DNA of 64,000 nt from Acetatifactor sp. (GTDB taxonomy: Bacteria; Bacillota; Clostridia; Lachnospirales; Lachnospiraceae). The stretch covers positions 23,845-87,844 of the forward strand of contig JAFLRM010000002.1 of NCBI GenBank assembly GCA_022511465.1. The letters run 5' to 3'. How positions within the stretch are numbered: the stretch's first letter is position 1; the number at the start of each line of letters is the position of its first letter. The notes below the pieces were generated by a model that was not told the origin of the DNA, did not search any database, and saw only the letters and a list, made by a program, of their open reading frames with translations. Below, one piece after another: positions 41,310-50,314 of the stretch. Position numbers and translations under genes: made by a program.

Positions 41310-41336
41310 CAAAAAATCACAGTGGAACACTGTGAT
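41310..41336 (-). terminator. Intrinsic terminator in the DGC leader (riboswitch expression platform)
   Basis: ATCACAGTG-TTC-CACTGTGAT followed by TTTTTT on minus strand, 57 bp upstream of the DGC start. Confidence 0.8.
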
Positions 41337-41342
41337 GTCTTA

Positions 41343-41420
41343 TAATGCAACTGGCTGACATTTTACAGTCCCTATAGCTTTGCGTCACAGGCTTTCGCCT
41401 ATTTTGCCACGATATATATT
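41343..41420 (-). ncRNA. c-di-GMP-I (GEMM) riboswitch aptamer
   Basis: Minus strand reads GGCAAAATAGGCGAAAGCCTGTGACGCAAAGCTATAGGGACTGTAAAATGTCAGCCAGTTGC: GGCAAA, GAAA tetraloop stem, GACGCAAAGC, AGGG, CAGCCAG hallmarks. Confidence 0.92.
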
Positions 41421-41427
41421 TTATTTT

Positions 41428-41456
41428 ATTATAAGGTATTATGGCAGTAAAATCAA
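41428..41456 (-). promoter_or_regulatory. Sigma-A promoter driving riboswitch-DGC transcript
   Basis: TTGATT-N17-TATAAT immediately upstream of the aptamer. Confidence 0.75.
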
Positions 41457-42595
41457 TCCCTCTGCACATAAAAGTTTTCCGCAAGAAGCAGCCAGTTTGC
41501 CCGAAACCACTGCATGATCTGCCAGTAGCCGCAGCCCCGAAGACCAAACTCACTGATCAGGTCAAATTTGGCCTGAAGACTTCTCACATCCTCAAACCAG
41601 ACCTCATGCTCCACACCGCTTGCCTGATCCACATAGGTAAAATAGGGACTCATCGCCTTCTCGTCAAACTCTATGACTGCCCCCTGCGTGACGGCGATCT
41701 GCACCGCCTGAACATTGCCTATGGTGGTGGCCCTGGTAACACCCCGCTCATAGGGAAGCGGCCAATCATAACCGTAGTTGGGAATTCCCAGATCGATCTT
41801 CTCCGCAGGAATCTCCGTCACCGCATACTCCACCACTCTCCGCACCTGATCGATGGGCGCCACGGCCATCGGCGGACCATAGGTGTAACCCCACTCGTAG
41901 GTCATCAACAACACGTGATCTGCCGCCTCCCCCAGCGCTGCATAATCTTTTCCTTCGTACAAAAGTCCCGCTTGATCCGCACTTGTTTTGGGTGCCAGCG
42001 CCACAGAGGTCTGATAGCCATTTGCCCGCATACGCTCCGCCACTCTTCTCACAAAATCAGTGAAGGGATCTCTATCTGTTGCAAGAATGTACTCAAAATC
42101 AATGTCAACTCCCTGATATCCTTTCTCCTGCATCACACCCAGCAGATTGTCGATAAGGTTTTCTCTGTATTCATAGTTGTTGACCACAGAATTGATAAGC
42201 AGATTGTTAAACTGGCCATCCGCGCCAAAGGGCGTGAGGGTGAGGATCGGTCTGGTGCCAAAGTTAAGCGCCTCCCTGATCATCCATTCGTCATCCCACA
42301 AGGGAGCGATCAGCTCTCCTTCTGCGGTAAAACCGTAAGAGAAAACGGGAAGATCAGACAGGTAAGGAAGGGTCTGGTACAACACCCACTCGTTGATAAA
42401 CGGGTACGCATAACCGCTGACCGAGATTGTTCCCCGGGGACTGCGCACTCCTGTCCCAATAAAAAGAGCTTGCCCTACGGCAAGCTCATAAGGGTATACC
42501 AGCTGATTGTTAAATATTATTTCCTCCACACCGATCCCCAGCTCTGCGGCAATGGCATCCACATTGTCTCCCTCTCTAACTACATAGATTTCCAT
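41453..42595 (-). CDS. yaaH: LysM + GH18 spore cortex-lytic enzyme (YaaH/SleL-like)
   Basis: N-terminal LysM (YVVREGDNV..IA), FSYGFT, GVDIDFEY (DxDxE), LMTYEWG, LGIPNYGYDW, WFED.RS. Confidence 0.88.
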   Translation of the reverse strand: MEIYVVREGDNVDAIAAELGIGVEEIIFNNQLVYPYELAVGQALFIGTGVRSPRGTISVSGYAYPFINEWVLYQTLPYLSDLPVFSYGFTAEGELIAPLWDDEWMIREALNFGTRPILTLTPFGADGQFNNLLINSVVNNYEYRENLIDNLLGVMQEKGYQGVDIDFEYILATDRDPFTDFVRRVAERMRANGYQTSVALAPKTSADQAGLLYEGKDYAALGEAADHVLLMTYEWGYTYGPPMAVAPIDQVRRVVEYAVTEIPAEKIDLGIPNYGYDWPLPYERGVTRATTIGNVQAVQIAVTQGAVIEFDEKAMSPYFTYVDQASGVEHEVWFEDVRSLQAKFDLISEFGLRGCGYWQIMQWFRANWLLLAENFYVQRD

Positions 42596-42624
42596 TTGGA
42601 GACCTCCAAAAAACTCTTCCCCAC

Positions 42625-42652
42625 ATTATATGCCGCCTGTCGCCTCAACGTG
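42625..42652 (-). promoter_or_regulatory. Mother-cell (sigma-K/sigma-E type) promoter of yaaH-like gene
   Basis: CACG-N16-CATATAAT on minus strand; coordinates approximate. Confidence 0.5.
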
Positions 42653-42673
42653 CAGTGCATGCATCCGAACCTG

Positions 42674-43318
42674 TTACACTCCCACCTTTTTGCAGATATC
42701 CTGAATACAACACTTATCACAGTAGGGATTGGTCCGGGCCGTACACACCGCTCTTCCGTGATCCACCAGCCGGTGACAGAAAGAGTTCCCCTCCTCGGGC
42801 GGTATGAGCTTCCACAGTTCCCGCTCCACCTTGGCAGGCTCCTTGATCCCATCCACCAGTCCCATGCGGTTGACCAGGCGGATACAGTGGGTATCCGTCA
42901 CAATAGCAGGTTTTCCAAACACATCTCCCATGATCAGGTTTGCGCTCTTTCTTCCCACACCGGGGAGCGCCAGAAGCTTGTCAAAGTCATCCGGAACCTT
43001 TCCGTCGTACTCATCCCGCAGCACTTTCATGCAGGCACTGATATCCCGTGCCTTGCTGTTTCCCAGCCCACAGGGATGGACAATTTTCTCTATCTCCTCC
43101 ACGGACGCTTCCGCCAGCGCGTTTACATCCGGAAATTTCTCGTAGAGACTCTCCACCACCACATTCACTCTGGCGTCGGTACACTGAGCCGCTAAGCGCA
43201 CACTCACCAAAAGTTTCCACGCCTGATCATATTCCAAAGTACAGTCCGAATCTGGATATTCTGTCTTCAGTCTCCCGATTATGTCAAGAGCCAAGTTTTT
43301 TTTCATCTTTTGTGTCAT
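42674..43318 (-). CDS. nth: Endonuclease III
   Basis: LAAQCTD, LPGVGRKSA (HhH, Lys), TDTH, C-x7-C-x2-C-x5-C Fe-S motif. Start moved to MTQK. Confidence 0.95.
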   Translation of the reverse strand: MTQKMKKNLALDIIGRLKTEYPDSDCTLEYDQAWKLLVSVRLAAQCTDARVNVVVESLYEKFPDVNALAEASVEEIEKIVHPCGLGNSKARDISACMKVLRDEYDGKVPDDFDKLLALPGVGRKSANLIMGDVFGKPAIVTDTHCIRLVNRMGLVDGIKEPAKVERELWKLIPPEEGNSFCHRLVDHGRAVCTARTNPYCDKCCIQDICKKVGV

Positions 43319-43322
43319 TCTC

Positions 43323-46007
43323 TTATCTCTCCATTCTATCCGGAATGCGGCTCTCATGGCAGGTAAAATATAAAATCTGATATTTTCTGCCAATCTCCTG
43401 TAAAAACTGCAGGGCACCATCCGTCTTATCACCGTCCAGGTTGGCGAAGGGATCATCGAAAAGAACAAACGGCTTTTCCTCCTGATACATGGCATCCACC
43501 AGCGCCATACGCATGCAGATCCCTATCATATCCCGGTAGCCCGCGCTGAAAAAACGCGGTTCCCTCTGCATCCCCTTCTCTTCTATAGTCACATCATTGT
43601 TGGCATCCAGACGATAGCGCTGCCCGCCCTCATGGGACAGCATCTCATAGTATCGTCCAAAGCTCTCCCGGATAGGTCCCGTGTACTTTGCGGTAAATGA
43701 CATCTTAGCCTGTTGCAGCAGTTCCCGCGTCTTTTTCAGGATCTCATACCTTTTTTCGCTCCTCTCACACTCTTCCCGCAGGCTTCTCAGACGCTCCTCG
43801 TCCTCCTGGCCCCTGTCGCTGACTTCCCGCAGATCATTCATCTGGCGGTTGTAGTCCGCAATATGCTCATAGAGCTGTTCTAATAGAGCTGCAATGTCTG
43901 CAAGATGACTGTTTAGCTCCTCCAGATCCTCATCGCTCTCCTCAGGCACCTCCTGCATCAGTTCTTTTACATCCTCCTTTGCCTCAAAGGCTTCTTTCTG
44001 CTTCCGAATCTTCTTGTATTCCGCATAGCTCACAAGCAGATTCTGCAAATGATGCTGGATGTCCAACAGCTGCTCTTGCATATCCGACTCAGGTTCCATG
44101 GAAATTGAGGAGATAAAATCTTTTATTTTGGCCACAGTGTCCCCATACATTCTGTCCGCCCTGTTGACGTTCGTATCTTTCTCCCGAAGTCTCTCGTATT
44201 CCTTTACCTGCCCTTTCAACTCATCGATGATGATAGACAGATCCTCCTCCCGCAGCACAATATCCGGATAGAAAGCATAAAGAAATTCGTGAATTTCATC
44301 GATGATCCTTCGTCTCTGTTCTACAAGCTCCTTATCCTGAAAAGCCTGTTCTTTTTTTAACAGCTGTTCATACTCCCGGATATCGCCTTTGACTTCATAC
44401 AGATAGTCCAGTATCCTGCCTTCCTGATATCCGATCCCACAGTCGGCCAGAAAGCTTTCTGTGTCCTGCTCTACCCCCCATATAAACTGCTCATCTTCTG
44501 CAATCTCCTGTTCGAGCCTATCCACACTGCTGTCTTCTTTGTCCCGTCTAAGCAACCCCGTGCTGCCGCTTTTTTCTCGTCCCAAAAGAAACGATAAGAC
44601 GCAGATCATAACGCCTACAACTACCGCAACAGCACCGCTCATTGTCTCAGCGGTAAACACCGCATATAAACTCCCGGCCACCGCCGCCGTCATTCCGATC
44701 AGAACACCCAGGAGTCTGAGAATCATCCGGCTTTTTCCTGAACCGTTTTCCAGCTCCGCCTGAGAGATGCTCTGCAGGGTCTCCAGCGTAGCTTTCTTTT
44801 GATTCAACAGATTTCTCTTATCCAGGCCTTGATTGTAGAGAGAGATCACTTCCTCCAGCTGCTGTTGTGTGGGAACACCGTTTTTAAACCGTCTCTCATA
44901 CTCATTCAGCCGATCCATCTCCTCCGAAGGCAGACGATTCTCCGCTATGGACAGGCGGATATCCTGAAGCTGCATGATATTCTCGCTCTGTTTTTTTAAC
45001 CCTTCCTCCGTGGGACAATACTGGCCAAACAACTTTTTGAGGTAATGGTACTGGTGTTCCTCCTCCTCAGTCATTCTGTGGAAGTCCGCATTTTCCTCCA
45101 CCATGGAGAGCTTTGCGCTCTCCGCAACCATCTCCTCCAGCTCTCTCATCTTGGGGATGCGTTTCGGAAAAAATGCTTTCTCCTCTTCCACCTGTTTTTT
45201 TCGTACCACATACTCCTCACAAATGCTGGTGTATTTCCCAAGCATACTCTGAGCATCCTTGTAAGCGCCAAGTTCTTTCTGTTTCTTTAAAAGTTCTGCC
45301 TGTACCTCCTTTAATTCTCTCTGCTGTAGGAGTTTTTGCCGGAGCAGTTTTTGAACCTCCTCCATGGTCTGATCGATGTTTCGACTGGCTCTCACGCTCT
45401 CCTCCAGCCTTGCGATCTCATTTTTCATGCGGTAGATCGACCCGGTCGATCTGTCGGGACTCATCTTGTTCAAAAGATCCTGAAGCTTCCGATTCACCGT
45501 CTCATAATTGTTGATGTCGTCCGTGTCATCCGCCAGATTTCCAATCTTCGCGTTGATCCCGTCAGTGGTCGCCGTCTCACAATCGTTCTGAGATATGAAG
45601 ACCGTCCTGCAGAAAGAATTGCAGTCCAATGAGAAAAGTTCCTCCCCCACATTGTCAGAGAATCGGTTACTCTCCAGATTGGTGTCCGCTTTGCGCAGGC
45701 TGAAACTGTCATCCTTTTTTTTCGCGCCAAAGACTCTGGTGATCTGATAGACTTCTCCCTCCGTCTCAAACTCCAGCTGTCCGCCGTACACACCGCCCTG
45801 CCATGGCTTGTAGCGTTTCCTCTCGTTCTTCAGGTCGTCACGCGCTTTCTCCTCCGCGAATCCGAAAAGCATCACCCGGATAAAAGCCGCAAGGGTACTC
45901 TTTCCCCAACCATTATCTTCAAAGATCACGTTGCAGCCCTGATGAAAGGAAAGAGATACGCCGCTCAATTTTCCAAAATTTTCTATATGACAGCTGACGA
46001 TCCTCAT
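43323..46007 (-). CDS. SbcC/Rad50/YhaN-like coiled-coil ATPase with internal TM hairpin
   Basis: IENFGKLS, NGWGKST, FISQ (Q-loop), long coiled coils, FSAGYRD, LFDDPFANLD, FTCH. Confidence 0.85.
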   Translation of the reverse strand: MRIVSCHIENFGKLSGVSLSFHQGCNVIFEDNGWGKSTLAAFIRVMLFGFAEEKARDDLKNERKRYKPWQGGVYGGQLEFETEGEVYQITRVFGAKKKDDSFSLRKADTNLESNRFSDNVGEELFSLDCNSFCRTVFISQNDCETATTDGINAKIGNLADDTDDINNYETVNRKLQDLLNKMSPDRSTGSIYRMKNEIARLEESVRASRNIDQTMEEVQKLLRQKLLQQRELKEVQAELLKKQKELGAYKDAQSMLGKYTSICEEYVVRKKQVEEEKAFFPKRIPKMRELEEMVAESAKLSMVEENADFHRMTEEEEHQYHYLKKLFGQYCPTEEGLKKQSENIMQLQDIRLSIAENRLPSEEMDRLNEYERRFKNGVPTQQQLEEVISLYNQGLDKRNLLNQKKATLETLQSISQAELENGSGKSRMILRLLGVLIGMTAAVAGSLYAVFTAETMSGAVAVVVGVMICVLSFLLGREKSGSTGLLRRDKEDSSVDRLEQEIAEDEQFIWGVEQDTESFLADCGIGYQEGRILDYLYEVKGDIREYEQLLKKEQAFQDKELVEQRRRIIDEIHEFLYAFYPDIVLREEDLSIIIDELKGQVKEYERLREKDTNVNRADRMYGDTVAKIKDFISSISMEPESDMQEQLLDIQHHLQNLLVSYAEYKKIRKQKEAFEAKEDVKELMQEVPEESDEDLEELNSHLADIAALLEQLYEHIADYNRQMNDLREVSDRGQEDEERLRSLREECERSEKRYEILKKTRELLQQAKMSFTAKYTGPIRESFGRYYEMLSHEGGQRYRLDANNDVTIEEKGMQREPRFFSAGYRDMIGICMRMALVDAMYQEEKPFVLFDDPFANLDGDKTDGALQFLQEIGRKYQILYFTCHESRIPDRMER

Positions 46008-46029
46008 CGGTACTCAAAACCTCCCCGCA

Positions 46030-47139
46030 TCACTCAATCTCCTCCCCGGAAAGCGCCTGTATTCCACAGCGGATGATCTCCATTTTCTCCTCCTCCAAAA
46101 GCTCCTCTGCAGCCCACACAGTTCGCACAAACTCGCCCTTAAGCGATTCGTCCAGCGCAAACACACCATAGTCCACATCCAGCTTGGTCTCATCATCTAT
46201 TTTCAGGAAATAAAATTTCGGTTCAAACTGCTTTTGCAAAAGCTCTATGTTCTTCTCACACTCTACATCCACTTTACCTTTCAGAACAATTTTTAGGAGG
46301 CTTCCTGCATCATATTCCGCCCGATCCAGCTGGGAGCTCAGCTGCCTTGTAATTTCCGCTGTTGACATGCAGCCGGAAATATCTACCTCCATCGTGTACA
46401 GATTTCTGCTGGCAATGGGAACAAATTCTGTGCGGAAGCTCCCTGTCTCCTGGTCAATCTCAAGAAGCACAAAGCCGTGCTCCCCACACTCATCGAAACC
46501 TCTTCCCTCCAGACAACCGGGGTAGCAGTATTTTCCGCGGCTGTCCAGCTCGCTCTGCTTGTAGGAGTGAATATGACCCAATGCCAGATAATCAATTCCT
46601 TTATTGCGAAGCTTTCTCAGGGCGATGGTCTCTGCCCCATCCTTGGAATCGTGTTCCGTCTCCTGTCCATGCAGCACCACAATATTGAATTTCTCCACAT
46701 TAAGGGAAAGCTCGTTATAAGCGGACTCCCTGTTGTCCCGATTCAGTTCCAGACCTGTGACCGCAATATTTCCCGCACCCTTTTCGTCGGCTATATAGGT
46801 TGTCCAACTGTCACCAAACAACATTAAGTTGTCCGGGATCTCCTCTATACTGCCCAAAAAGCTCTCCGCATCATGGTTGCCCTTCAAGTAATAAAAAACA
46901 ATATCCGGATGATTGACGATCGCATCCCAAACGGTGTTTCTCGCAGCTGCAGAAATATTCTTTGTGTCGTAGAGATCGCCCGCTATGATAATTGCGTCCA
47001 CGTTATTTTGCTCCGCATAACGCATCATTTCTTGAAAGGTATTGAGAAGCTCCGCCTGTCGCTCTCTGGCCTTCTCCTTTGTTAAGTTTGATGTCATTCT
47101 GGCATCTAAATGCAGATCTGCACAGTGAATGATCTTCAT
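46030..47139 (-). CDS. SbcD/Mre11/YhaO-like metallophosphoesterase nuclease
   Basis: HCADLHL, IAGDLYD, KGNHD, VLHG, ALGHIH, YPGCLEGRGFDE. Confidence 0.9.
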   Translation of the reverse strand: MKIIHCADLHLDARMTSNLTKEKARERQAELLNTFQEMMRYAEQNNVDAIIIAGDLYDTKNISAAARNTVWDAIVNHPDIVFYYLKGNHDAESFLGSIEEIPDNLMLFGDSWTTYIADEKGAGNIAVTGLELNRDNRESAYNELSLNVEKFNIVVLHGQETEHDSKDGAETIALRKLRNKGIDYLALGHIHSYKQSELDSRGKYCYPGCLEGRGFDECGEHGFVLLEIDQETGSFRTEFVPIASRNLYTMEVDISGCMSTAEITRQLSSQLDRAEYDAGSLLKIVLKGKVDVECEKNIELLQKQFEPKFYFLKIDDETKLDVDYGVFALDESLKGEFVRTVWAAEELLEEEKMEIIRCGIQALSGEEIE

Positions 47140-47157
47140 GCTTATTCCTCCATCACG

Positions 47158-47637
47158 CTATTTGTGGTAAGGCTCCCCATTTATGATCCGAAACGCCCGA
47201 TAAATCTGCTCGCTTAGGATCACGCGCATTAACTGGTGGGGAAAGGTCATATCGGAGAAACTGAGGGCGAGATCGGCGCGTTCCGACACGGAACTGTGCA
47301 GCCCCAGAGATCCTCCTATGACAAAGGTCAGGCTGCTCTTGCCGTTTACTGCCGCCTTCTCGATCCACTCAGCGAAACTTTCTGAGGACAACCTCTTTCC
47401 CGCGATCTCCAGCGCACATACATAAGCATCCTCTTTGATCTTGGATAGAATGCGCCCTGCTTCTTTTTCCTTGATCTGTTCTTCCTGTACCGCGCTGGCG
47501 CCATCTGGCGTCATCTCGTCGGCCACCTCAACAATCTCGAATTTACAGTATTTTCCCAGCCGTTTCTCATATTCCGCCAGGGCATCCTTGTAAAATTTTT
47601 CTTTAATTCTGCCTACGCAGACGATCGTCACTTTCAT
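47158..47637 (-). CDS. rlmH: 23S rRNA (pseudouridine1915-N3)-methyltransferase
   Basis: VGRIKEK, FVIGGSLG, SDMTFPHQLMRVILSEQIYRA, YHK. Confidence 0.97.
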   Translation of the reverse strand: MKVTIVCVGRIKEKFYKDALAEYEKRLGKYCKFEIVEVADEMTPDGASAVQEEQIKEKEAGRILSKIKEDAYVCALEIAGKRLSSESFAEWIEKAAVNGKSSLTFVIGGSLGLHSSVSERADLALSFSDMTFPHQLMRVILSEQIYRAFRIINGEPYHK

Positions 47638-48491
47638 AACTTGTCAGAAAAAACCATGTCATAAACCTTGTCGTCAATAAAGTATTCCAGAAATGCCTGA
47701 TCCAGATTCATAAATTGGTGATTCAGCTTGTCCTTTATCTTCTCATATCGTCTGAAATACAGGGTCTCCTCTGTATCTTCCTCACTTTTTTGAATCTCTT
47801 TATCAAGTGCCTCAGCGTTCAGGTTCTCCCTGCACCATTTCATCAACGTGTCCTCGAGGGAATGTTCCGACTCCGCCTTTTGGGCAAAGATCTTGGCATT
47901 CTTCAAGGAGACAATACCCATGATGAGAAACAGCAAGAAAACGGTGCTCATCACTCCATAAAACATATAGAAGTTTCCAAAGTGTAAAGGGAGGATTCCC
48001 GTAATGCCAAGTACTACAGCCACAATGCCCAGAACACCTACTATTAAAAGGATCCACGCTGAAGAGCGATTCTCCTCCGCTTTCTCAGAACTTTTTTGAT
48101 AAGCGGAAGTGCTTCTTTCCGGCTGTGTTGTCTTATTCTCTTCCGCAGAAGTGTGGTCTTCTGGATGTTCTGCATTATCCGCCCATCCGTTTTCCTTTTG
48201 ACGCTCCGACACTTGCTGTAAAAACACCTTTGTTGCAGCCGCAGCTTTTCTGGCATCTTCCTTCTGCACTAGGATCTCATAGACTTCCTCCACCTCGTCG
48301 TACTTTATAACCACGTTTTCCAGTTTATTGTACTCAAGGAATTGCTTCAGAGCATCCATCTGTTCCTTGTCTCCAAAGATAACGGGGACATAGCTGGTAC
48401 GAGGTTCTTCTTCCACAAGTTCACATCCACAGTCTGCACAGACGGTCATTCCCGCCCGATATTCATTGTTGCATTTAGGACACCAGGGCAT
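47634..48491 (-). CDS. Hypothetical zinc-ribbon membrane protein
   Basis: MPWCPKC..EY......CADCG N-terminus; two TMs; overlaps rlmH start. Confidence 0.75.
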   Translation of the reverse strand: MPWCPKCNNEYRAGMTVCADCGCELVEEEPRTSYVPVIFGDKEQMDALKQFLEYNKLENVVIKYDEVEEVYEILVQKEDARKAAAATKVFLQQVSERQKENGWADNAEHPEDHTSAEENKTTQPERSTSAYQKSSEKAEENRSSAWILLIVGVLGIVAVVLGITGILPLHFGNFYMFYGVMSTVFLLFLIMGIVSLKNAKIFAQKAESEHSLEDTLMKWCRENLNAEALDKEIQKSEEDTEETLYFRRYEKIKDKLNHQFMNLDQAFLEYFIDDKVYDMVFSDKL

Positions 48492-48522
48492 AATGTTACA
48501 CCTCCCTTTTAATGCACAACAA

Positions 48523-48567
48523 GCATATTATTCATAGGCGGAAGGAAACTGTCTAAGAACAATATGC
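48523..48567. terminator. Possible hairpin/terminator after Dabb gene
   Basis: GCATATTATTC...GAACAATATGC imperfect inverted repeat with long loop; weak T-tract. Confidence 0.4.
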
Positions 48568-48575
48568 CTGTGGTT

Positions 48576-48875
48576 TTAACATTCGTAGTCGATACAGCTT
48601 CTGTTGCAGGTCACCGACCTGACATAGCCTCCTGCAGCCACGTGGTCGGGGTGGGTCTGGTAGGTTTTAAGTGCCTCTACAGTCTCAAAGGTAGAGATCA
48701 GGGCTACATCTCGGTTACTGGACTCTAATTCATTTACAACCACTTGGATTTCCATCGCGCCGGGAACTTTTTCCTTGATCGGCTCCAAGAGCTCTTTCAT
48801 TTTGGCGCCTGCGGCTTTTTTCTCCTCCGTGGTCATGCCTTCGTTGAAATTCCATAAAACGATGTGTTTTACCAT
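48576..48875 (-). CDS. Dabb (stress-responsive A/B barrel) family protein
   Basis: MVKHIVLW.F, L...VPG, DVALISTF...EAL..YQ.HPDH, DY. Confidence 0.88.
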   Translation of the reverse strand: MVKHIVLWNFNEGMTTEEKKAAGAKMKELLEPIKEKVPGAMEIQVVVNELESSNRDVALISTFETVEALKTYQTHPDHVAAGGYVRSVTCNRSCIDYEC

Positions 48876-48895
48876 AGTTTCCTCCTGATCTTTGA

Positions 48896-50290
48896 TCATT
48901 TGCTCAGGTACTCGTCGATTCCCTGCGCAGCCGCCTTACCCGCACCCATAGCAAGGATTACGGTCGCGGCGCCTGTCACGGCATCTCCGCCGGCGTACAC
49001 ACCTTCCTTGGTGGTCTTTCCATTTGCCTCGTCAGCGACAATGCACTTCCACTTGTTGATCTCCAATCCCTCTGTGGTAGAGGAGATCAAAGGATTGGGG
49101 GAGGTTCCCAGAGACATGATCACGGTGTCTACATCCATCACAAACTCGGAGTTAGGAATTTCCACGGGACGGCGTCTGCCAGATTCATCGGGCTCACCCA
49201 ACTCCATTTTAATGCACTTCATGCCGCTAACCCAGCCCTTCTCATCCGCAAGGATCTCGGTAGGATTGGTCAGCAGGTCAAAGATGATGCCTTCTTCCTT
49301 GGCGTGATGTACTTCCTCCACTCTGGCAGGCAACTCCTCTTCGCTTCTGCGGTACACGATATGTACCTCCGCACCGAGTCGCAAAGCCGTTCTCGCCGCA
49401 TCCATAGCCACATTTCCGCCGCCTACCACGGCCACCTTTTTGCCTCGCATGATGGGGGTGTTGGAATTCTCGTCAAATGCTTTCATCAGATTGCTTCTGG
49501 TCAAGTACTCGTTGGCAGAGAACACGCCGTTTGCATTCTCTCCGGGGATACCCATAAACTTGGGCAGTCCGGCACCTGAACCGATAAATACGGCGCTGAA
49601 TCCCTCTTCATTTAAGAGCTCATCAATCGTCACGGACTTGCCGATCACCACGTTGGTCTCAATTTCAACGCCCAAAGCCTTTACATTTTCAATCTCTTTT
49701 GCCACAACATCCTGCTTGGGGAGACGGAACTCCGGGATTCCATACACCAGCACGCCTCCGGCCTCATGCAGCGCCTCAAAGATGGTTACATCATAGCCCA
49801 TCTTCGCCAGATCTCCGGCGCAGGTAAGGCCTGCAGGCCCGGAACCGATGACTGCCACTTTCTTGCCCTTCTTCTCTGTGTTTGCTGCGGGTTTGATCCC
49901 GTTTTCCCTGGCCCAATCAGCCACAAAACGCTCCAGTTTGCCGATGGAAACCGGCTCGCCCTTGATACCGCGAATGCATTTTCCCTCACACTGGCTCTCC
50001 TGGGGGCACACACGTCCACAGACAGCGGGCAGCGCACTGGCCTCGCTGATCACGTTATATGCCGCCTCGATATCTCCTGCCTTCACCTGCTCAATAAAGC
50101 CGGGAATATTGATGGCAACAGGACAACCCTTAATACACTGCGCATTTTTGCAGTTGATACAGCGGGTCGCCTCCTCCATCGCCTCCTCTTTATTGTAGCC
50201 CAAACATACCTCTTTAAAGTTTGCAGCACGTTCCTTCGGATCCTGCTCTCTGACAGGCACTTTTTTCAATACGTCCATTTTATCCTCCAT
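48896..50290 (-). CDS. nfnB: NfnB large subunit of electron-bifurcating transhydrogenase (GltD/SudA-like)
   Basis: RC..C...C..GCP, CGRVCPQE.QCE, GSGPAG, YGIPEFRLP, GGGNVAMD, YRRS; no gltB nearby; follows NfnA. Confidence 0.85.
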   Translation of the reverse strand: MEDKMDVLKKVPVREQDPKERAANFKEVCLGYNKEEAMEEATRCINCKNAQCIKGCPVAINIPGFIEQVKAGDIEAAYNVISEASALPAVCGRVCPQESQCEGKCIRGIKGEPVSIGKLERFVADWARENGIKPAANTEKKGKKVAVIGSGPAGLTCAGDLAKMGYDVTIFEALHEAGGVLVYGIPEFRLPKQDVVAKEIENVKALGVEIETNVVIGKSVTIDELLNEEGFSAVFIGSGAGLPKFMGIPGENANGVFSANEYLTRSNLMKAFDENSNTPIMRGKKVAVVGGGNVAMDAARTALRLGAEVHIVYRRSEEELPARVEEVHHAKEEGIIFDLLTNPTEILADEKGWVSGMKCIKMELGEPDESGRRRPVEIPNSEFVMDVDTVIMSLGTSPNPLISSTTEGLEINKWKCIVADEANGKTTKEGVYAGGDAVTGAATVILAMGAGKAAAQGIDEYLSK

Positions 50291-50314
50291 TTTTTAATGC
50301 ATTTTCCGCACTCT

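Noticed and set aside
41441-43195. 584-aa plus-strand ORF spanning yaaH and nth
   Set aside because: Exactly codon-to-codon antisense to both genes (offsets 12 and 1233 are multiples of 3). Rarity of TTA/CTA/TCA in the sense genes explains the lack of stops. No motifs recognised.
48896-50290. Glutamate synthase small subunit
   Set aside because: No gltB, and pairing with a SudB/PyrK-like gene indicates NfnAB.
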